Assembly: GCF_009914755.1 (NCBI RefSeq)
Contig: NC_060925.1
From: the human T2T-CHM13v2.0 reference genome, Homo sapiens
Strand: one strand, 5' to 3'
DNA: 64,000 nt
Shown here: positions 56,626 through 64,000 of the stretch, piece by piece
Numbering within the stretch: position 1 is the stretch's first letter
Layout: each line of letters starts with the position of its first letter
Notes under the pieces: generated by a model
Database searches by the model: none
What the model saw: the letters and a program-made list of their open reading frames with translations, nothing else
What the model was told of the DNA's origin: nothing
Made by a program: the position numbers and the translations under genes

Positions 56626-56685
56626 GATGCTAACTGGTTGTTTTGCCCATTAGTTGATGCAGTTTCTTCCTAGTGTAGTTGTTCT

Positions 56686-57707
56686 TTACAATTTGGTATG
56701 TTTTTGCAGTGGCTGGTACCAGTTGTTCCTTTCCATGTTTAGTGCTTCCTTCAGGAGCTCTTGTAAGGCACACCTGGTGATGACAAAATCTCTCAGCATT
56801 TGCTTGTCTGTAAAGGATTTTATTTCTCTTTCGCTTAAGAAGCTTAGTTTAGCTGGATATGGCATTCTGCGTTGAAAATTTTTTTCTTTAAGAATGTTGA
56901 ATATTGGTCCCCACTCTCTTCTGGCTTGTAGGGTTTCTGAAGAGAGATCCACTGTTAGTCTGATGGCTTCCTTTTGTGAATATTCTGATCTTTCTCTCTG
57001 GCTGTCCTTAACGTTTTATTCCTTCATTTCAACCTTGGTGAATCTGACAATTATGTGTCTTGGGGTTGCTCTTCTCAAGGAGTATCTCTGTGGTGTTCTC
57101 TGTATTTCCTGAATTTGAATGTTGGCCTGCCTACATTGGGGCCAGATTGGGGAAGTTCTCCTGGATAATATCCTGCAGAGTGTTTTCCAACTTGGTTCCA
57201 TTCTCCCATCACTTTCATGTATGCCAATCTATTGTAGGTTTGGTTTTTTCATATAGTCCCATATTTCTTGAAGGCTTTGTTCATTCCTTTTTATTCTTTT
57301 TTCTCTAATCTTGTCTTCTCACTTTATTTCATTAAGTTGATCTTCAATCACTGATCTCCCTTCTTCCACTTGATCGATTAGGCTACTGATACTTGTGTAC
57401 ACTTCACAAAATTCTCATGGTGTGTTTTTCAGCTCCATCAGGTCATTTATGTTCTTCTCCAAACTGGTTATTCTAGTTAGCAATTCATCTAACTTTTTTC
57501 AAGGTTCTTAGCTTCTTTGCATTGGATTAGAACATACTCCTTTAGCTCCTTTATTACCCACCTTCTGAAGGCTACTTCTGTCAATTCGTCAAACTCATTC
57601 TCTGTCCAGTTTTGTTCTGTTGCTTGCGAGGAGTTATGATCCTTTGGAGGAAAAGAGGCATTCTGGTTTTTGGAATTTTCAGCCTTTTTGCGCTGGTTTC
57701 TCCCCAT
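56686..57707 (-). pseudogene. Disrupted L1 ORF1 (RNA-binding protein)
   Basis: MGRNQRKKAENSKNQNAS.., RRATPRHIIVRFTKVEMKE, ARREWGPIFNILKEKNFQ..YPAKLSF; frameshifted. Confidence 0.9.
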
Positions 57708-59027
57708 CTTTGTGGATTTATCTACCTTTGTTCTTTGATGTTGGTGACCTTCAGATGGGGTCTTTGAGTGGTCATGCCATTCCTTTCTGTTTGTTAGTTT
57801 TCCTTCTAACATTCAGGCCCCTCTGCTGCAGATCTGCTGGAGTTTGCTGGAGGCCCACTCCTGACCCTGTTTTCCTGGGTATCACCAGCAGAGGCTGTAG
57901 AACAGCAAAGGTTGCTGCCTATTCTTTCTTCTGGAAGCTTCATCCCAGAAGGACACCTGCCAGATGCCAGCCAGAGCTCTCCTGTATGAGGTGTCTCTCG
58001 GCCCTACTGGGAGGTGTCTCACAGTCTGGATACACGGGGGTCAGGGACCCACTTGAGGAGGCAGTCTGACCCTTAGCAGAGCTCGAACGCCATGCTGGGA
58101 GGTCCGCTGTGCTCTTCAGAGCCATCAGGCAGGGACTTTTAAGTCTGCTAAAGCTGCACCCACAGCCGCCCTTTTCCCCAGGTGCTCTGTTCCAGGGAGA
58201 TGGGGGATTTATCTATAAGTCCCTGACTGGGGCTGCTGCCTTTTATTCAGAGATGCCCTGCCCAGAGAGGAGAAATCAGGCAATCTGGCCACAGCAGCCT
58301 TGCTGAGCTGCAGTGGGCTCAGCCCAATTTGAACTTCCTGGCTACTTTGTTTACACTGTGAGCATAAAACCACCTACTCAAACCTCAGCAATGGTGGATG
58401 CCTCTCCCCCCACCAGGCTAGAGCATCCCAGATCAATCTCAGACTGCTGCTGTGCTGGCAGCGAGAATTCCAAGCCAGCAGATCTTAGTTTGCTGGGCTC
58501 CTTGGAGGTGGGACCTGCCGAGCCAGAACACTTGGCTCCCTGGCTTCAGCACCTCTTTCCAGAGGAGTGAACGGTTCTATCTGCCTGGCGTTCCAGGTGC
58601 CACTGGCATATGGAAAACAACAACAACAACAAAAACTCCTGCAGATAATATGGTGTCTGCCCCAACAGCTGCCCAGTTTTGTGCTTGAAACTGAGGGCCC
58701 TGGTGGGGTAGGCACCAGAGGGAATCTCCTGGTCTGCGGGTTGCAAAGAAGACAGTGGGACAAGTGCAGCGTCTGAACTGGAGTGTGCATGGTTCCTCAG
58801 GCTCATTTCCTCACGGCTTCCCTTGGGTAGGAGAGAAAATTCCCCAACCCCTTGAGCTTCCTGGGTGAGGCGATGCCCCAGCCTGCTTCAGCTCACCCTC
58901 CGTGGGCTGCACTCACTGTCCAACCAGTCTCAATGTGATTAACTGGGTACCTCAGTTGATAATGCAGAAGTCACCCGCCTTCTGCGTCAATCTCACTGGG
59001 AGCTGCAGAAAGGAGCTGTTCCTATTC

Positions 59028-59037
59028 GGCCATCTTG
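59028..59037 (-). promoter_or_regulatory. Intact YY1 site of the L1 5'UTR internal promoter
   Basis: CAAGATGGCC about 12 bp from the L1 5' end. Confidence 0.75.
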
Positions 59038-59557
59038 CCAGCAATCTCCATCTTTCGTTTTAACAATATTGTAGCCATAGTATTTTCCTAGAACTCCAGG
59101 ATATTTAATTATTATATATGGATATTTTATATGTGCATCATACCAAGGAGAGCTGAAGCAAAATTCATGATTTTCCTCCAAAGCAGCTCCTTCTCTCAAC
59201 TTCCTAGTCTCTATAATAATAGCACTACTGCATGACTGAAGTGATTCTTGAAAAATACTACCTGCCTAAATACTTTCCCACTTAAAATTCTATGAAGTCT
59301 TCCCATCAGATGTAGAATAACACCTAAACTCTTTACTATAAACTGAGTTCTCACATGATCTGGCCCTTGCTTATCTTTCCAACTTTATCTAAAAACTTTG
59401 CTGCTCTTTGTCCTCCTTGTTCTGGCCACATTGATGTTCTTGTAAATCAAAGGTGTCAAGCTCATTCCCATTTTAGACCTTTTGCCTCAATTTCCACTTG
59501 CCTAGAAAGCATTTCTTCTGATTTTCACTGACTGAATCCATCTTTGTCATTTGCATA

Positions 59558-61661
59558 TGTGTTAGTCCATTCTCACACTGTTATAAATATCTGAGACTGG
59601 GTAATTTATAAAGAAAAGATGTTTAATTGGCTTGTGGTTCCTGCAGGCTGTACAGAAAGTATGGCTGGGGAGACCTCAGGAAACTTACAATCGTGGTGGA
59701 AAGCCAGCGGGAACCAGATATGTCTTCACATGGTTGAAGCAGGAGGAAGAGGAGGAGGGCAGAGTTGCTACACACTTTTAAACAACCAGATCTCAGGATA
59801 ACTCGCTGATATGGTTTGGTTCTGTGTTCCCACAGAGAACTGGAACAAAAGTGACTCCTGTTATGTTTTAGCAAAGAGATAGGCAGCATTTAGCCCCTGC
59901 CCTAGAGATTTGTGGAACTTTGAAGTTGAGAGAGATGATTTAGAGTATCTAGTGGAAGAAATTTCTAAGCAACAAAGCATTCAAGATGTGACTAGGGCGC
60001 TGCTAAAGGCATTCAGTTTTATAAGGGAAGCAGAGCATAAAAGTTAAGAAAAATCAGCAGCATGACAATGTGATAGAAAAGAAAAACCCATTTTCTGAGG
60101 AGAAATTCAAGCTGGCTGCATATATTTGCATAAGTAAGGAGGAGCTGAATGTTAATCCCCAAGACAATGGGGAAAATGTCTCTAGGGCACATCAGAGCCC
60201 TTCATGGCAGTCCCTCCCATCATATGCTTGGAGACCTAGGAGAAAATGGTGTTGTGGGCCGGGCCCAGGGTCCCCATGCTGTGTGCAGCCTAGTAACTTG
60301 GTGCCCTGTGTCCCAGCCTCACCAGCTGTGGCTGAAAGGGGCCAACGTAGAGCTGGGGCCATGGCTTCAGAGGGTGCAAACCCCAAGCCTTGACAGCTTC
60401 CATGTGGTGTTGAGCCTGCAAGTGCACAGAAGTCAAGAATTGAGGTCTGGGAACCTCCACCTAGATTTCAGATAATGTATAGAAATGCCTGGATACCCAG
60501 ACAGAAGTTTGCTGCAGGGGCAGGGCACTCATGGAGAACCTCTGCTAGGACAGTGCAGAAGGGAAATGTGGGGTCAGAGCCCCCACACAGAGTTCCTACT
60601 AGGGTACTGCCTAGTTGAGCTACGAGAAGAGGGCCACTATCCAGACTCCAGAATGGTAGATCACCAATGGCTTGCACCATTCATCTGGAAAAGCCACACA
60701 CACTCAATGCCAGCCCACGAAACTATCTGGGAGGGAGGTTGTATCCTGTAAAGTCACAGGTGCGGAGCTGCCCAAGACCATGGGAATCCATCTCTTGCAT
60801 CAGTGTGACCTGGATGTGATAAATTGAGTCAAAGGAGACCATTTTGGAACTTTAAAATTTGACTGCCCTGCTGGATTTTGGACTTGCATGGGCCCTATAA
60901 CCACTGTGTTTTGGTCAATTTCTCCTATTTGGAATGGCTGTATTTACCCAATGCCTCTACCCCCCATTATATCGAGGAAGTAACTAGCTTGCTTTTGATT
61001 TTACAGGCTCGTAGATGGAAGGGACTTGCCTTTCTCAGATAAGACTTTGGACGGTGGACTTATGGGTTAATGCTGAAATGAGTTAAGACTTTGTGGGACT
61101 GTTGTGAAGGCATGATTGGTTTTGAAATGTGAAGACATGAGATCTGGGGGGGCCAAGGGTGGATTGATATGGTTTGGCTCTCTGTCCCCACCCAAATCTC
61201 AACTTGAATTGTACTCACATAATTCTCATGTGTTGTGGGAGGGACTCAATGGGAGATAATTTGAATCATGGGGGCAGTTTTCCCCATACTGTTCTCATAG
61301 TAGTGAGTAAGTTTCATGAGATCTGATGGCTTTATCAGGGGTTTCCGCTTTTGCATCTTTCTCATTTTCTCTTGTTGCTGCCAATGTAAGAAGTGCCTCT
61401 CACCTCCTGCCATAATTCTGAGGCCTCCCCAGCCATGTGGAAGTGTAAGTCCAATTAAACCTCTTTTTCTTCCCAGTCTCGGGTATGTCTTTATCAGCAG
61501 CTTGAAAATGGACTAATACCCTCACTCACTATCAAAAAAACATCACCAAAGGGGGAATCTGCCCCCATGATCCAATCACTTCCCACCAGGCTCCACCTCC
61601 AACATTAGGAATTATAATTTGACATGAGGTTTGGGTGGGGACAGAGGCTTAAACCATATCA
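59558..61661 (-). mobile_element. MSTA-like LTR split by a THE1A insertion (59558-59806 and 61521-61661)
   Basis: TGTGTTAGTCCATTCTC..CAACCAGATCTC, then CTCACTCACTATC..AAACCATATCA. Confidence 0.85.
59807..61520 (+). mobile_element. THE1A provirus: 27-bp 5' LTR stub, THE1 internal region, and complete 3' LTR (61165-61520)
   Basis: Internal ORF remnant IEKKNPFSEEKFKLAA; purine-rich PPT before 61165; THE1A diagnostic TTTATCAGGGGTTTCCGCTTTTGC; TSD CTCGC/CTCAC. Confidence 0.9.
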
Positions 61662-61814
61662 GCACCTCAGCATAAGTGTCAGCTACATGGAGAAGCCTTT
61701 CATAAATCATCCAGTTTAGGGATGTAAATACCCAGTCTGTGTTTATAAATAAAATTGAGATCCAGGAAGAGGACAGATCAATGGGGTGAATGGGCGTGGG
61801 GGTGGAGGCTCAAA

Positions 61815-62140
61815 AAAGGCTTCTCTGAAAATATACTGAGGAAAGACCAAAGAGCAAGCCATGTGGATATCTGGACAACAAACCTTTAAGGTAAAGGGAA
61901 CAGTTGTGTAAAAGCCGTGAGGCAAGATTTGGTGTGCCAAGGAAGCCATGATGGCTGGAGATGAGTGAGCGAAGAGGAGAAAGGCAGGGCATGAAGTCAG
62001 ACAGCAGCAGACCAGATCATGGGCTCGTAGATAGGGGACTTATAGGCCATGATAAGGATTTGGGATTTTACAAAGAGAGAGACAGTAAGCCCTTAGATGA
62101 TTGTGAGGTGAGACATTATAAAATCAAGCATATGTTTGTT
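61815..62140 (-). mobile_element. L2 fragment
   Basis: AAGGCTTCTCTGA.., GCCATGTGGATATCTGG, TATAGGCCATGATAAGGATTTGGGATTTTA. Confidence 0.6.
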
Positions 62141-62379
62141 TAAAAATAGCTCAATGGATAAATGAACAAAATGGAAAAAAAATTAGTCCTGAGACACAGG
62201 GCTGTAATGATATCTCCTATAGACATGGACAGGGAGAATCTTTTATCAACATTCATCTTATAAAGCACAGGGGAACTCTGAGATTCAAATGGTGTTGAAC
62301 CGATTCTTGAAGGGTGACTGACCAGCCATATACAGTGACCCCTCCTAATTCTGCCTGTGCCCCACCCCAACTTTACTTT

Positions 62380-62565
62380 TTTCTCATAACTCTTATTTTC
62401 TAATATTCCACTTTTTGGTTGATTTATTTTTGTTTGTCTTCTTTCACTAGAATAGTAGCTTCTTGAGGGCAGGCAACTTTGTCTGCCTTAAGGAGTGCTC
62501 TTTCTTGAGTGTCTAGAACAGTGTAAGTGTTCAATGGAGAGTTGCTGAGAAGATGAATGAAGAGA
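62380..62565 (+). mobile_element. L2 3' end
   Basis: CACTAGAAT..AGCTTCTTGAGGGCAGG..GTCTAGAACAGTG..GAATGAA. Confidence 0.6.
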
Positions 62566-63803
62566 TGTGATAGAGTGTAGCCACGGGTATCCCATTGTAC
62601 CTGAGGCCACAACGTGAGTGCTATGTGATGCCATCTCCTCTCCCAGACTCACCCTGCACCACCACACTGTGGCTCAGAGACCAGCAACACTGCCCCCCTT
62701 TCTCCTCCTTCCATGAAGTTCTGTCTCCTCTACAGGAATTACTCAATATGAAGTTTCCCTCTGGAACAAAAAGGAGATTCCTCCTTCTTTCATGGTCTAA
62801 GAAAACACATTGAGAAAACTCCAGTGGTTGAAAACGAGAGTTTTAGCATTGTTATAAAAAATAAAAATCATTGTGTACCTTGAGATCCAGGAGAGCAGCA
62901 TATATTTGCAATATCCAAATCCCTAAAACAATGGCAGCTTGGACAATTTTCTAAGTACCTTATTTTCTCAACATATTTTCTGTTTAGGATATTTTTGTCA
63001 GGCTACCAGCATATGGCTAAGATTTATCTTGTTGGGTAGATCATCTGCTTTTAAATGAAATACACAATACCAATAAGCAATTTCCTGCTGTGACAGAGAA
63101 AGATTAGAAAGTACTTATGCCGCAAAAGTGCACCCATAATTATTGTTCAATTTACTTTGACTGAAAGAATGAAAAGAAAAGAAATTTGTCTCCCCAAGGT
63201 AGGTAGATATATATAAAATAGACAAGTTTAGAAGAATAGCCTCAAAATTTGGGATACAGGTTTCAATTTCATACTACTTTCAAGGTCATTCATAAACTGT
63301 AAAGTCATATTTGTTGCCAGGAGAGACTATAAATGTCATAGAGGGTAGTAAAACATGCACATACTGACTGAACCAAATTGTTTCAATGTTTTCATCTTTG
63401 CACAATGCTTTGGATTGTAAATTTAAAATATGTATATATATATATATCATTGGCAATAGAAGAAAATAGGTTGGAGTTGGCAATGACATCTAGCTGAGAA
63501 TGATTAAATGCAAAATATCTTTTTTTGTGAAAGAAGAAAAATATACTACTTCTTGTGACATTAACATTTATGTTTTGGGTGAGTATATTTGATGCTTGAT
63601 TAAGCTTAATATCATGGAACATAGGACAAAACATCCCTGTCGATTCTCATTTTCTGTGATATATATTAATTTTTACATTTGGTGAAGGGGTAGAAAAGAG
63701 GTAGACAAACAGAAAGACACACTGAGCTGTTTATTCCCTGTGATTTCATGTATTATGGAAAGAAAATTTCAAATCTGAGATTATCCCAGAAGACACTCTG
63801 GTT

Positions 63804-63970
63804 CAGTGCTTCTTAAATATTAATGTTCTTAAGAATCACATGTGGATTTTGTGAAAATTCAAATTCTGATTCAATAGTTACAGGATGTTTCTTGGGATTC
63901 TTCATTCCATGCAAGTCCCCAGGAAAAGATGATACAGCTGGTCACAGAATCATACTTTGTAAGTGCTAAG
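63804..63970. mobile_element. MER5-type hAT-Charlie DNA transposon
   Basis: CAGTGCTTCTTAAA..AGAATCAC..AAATTCTGATTCAATAG..CTGGTC..CATACTTTG. Confidence 0.65.
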
Positions 63971-64000
63971 GTCTGGTCCCTCACCCAATGTGAACCTATA

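Noticed and set aside
60070-60751. Several plus-strand ORFs
   Set aside because: Fragments of the decayed MaLR internal ORF of THE1A.

Overview
Primate (probably human or great ape) AT-rich genomic DNA, intergenic or deep intronic, and largely made of interspersed repeats. I can support no host protein-coding gene, RNA gene or CRISPR array. The ORF track is explained by decayed LINE-1 ORF1/ORF2, Alu, LTR and MaLR-internal sequence, or by chance. Main elements: three large minus-strand L1PA copies (a 5'-truncated L1PA7-like, an L1PA13-like copy with both ends, and a full-length L1PA6/7-like copy with TSD), an L1M1-type 5' end, HAL1, about 10 Alus, many MaLR (THE1/MST/MLT1) and ERV1 (LTR8A, MER34, MER4E, MER52, MER93) LTRs, a Tigger3b, and L2/MIR fragments. 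Subfamily names come from recalled consensus sequences and need RepeatMasker/Dfam confirmation. I see no new gene system. The two strongest unusual signals are structural. (1) A TSD-bounded AluSg at 37.6-38.45 kb has a ~550-bp patchwork of three pieces copied from the preceding 1.7 kb, in mixed orientation, at its 3' end; two other local templated or duplicated segments occur elsewhere in the window. (2) The old L1PA13-like element has a 5'UTR deletion that matches a GT..AG intron, suggesting a spliced retrotransposed L1. There is also a candidate THE1-LTR-driven spliced minus-strand transcript.
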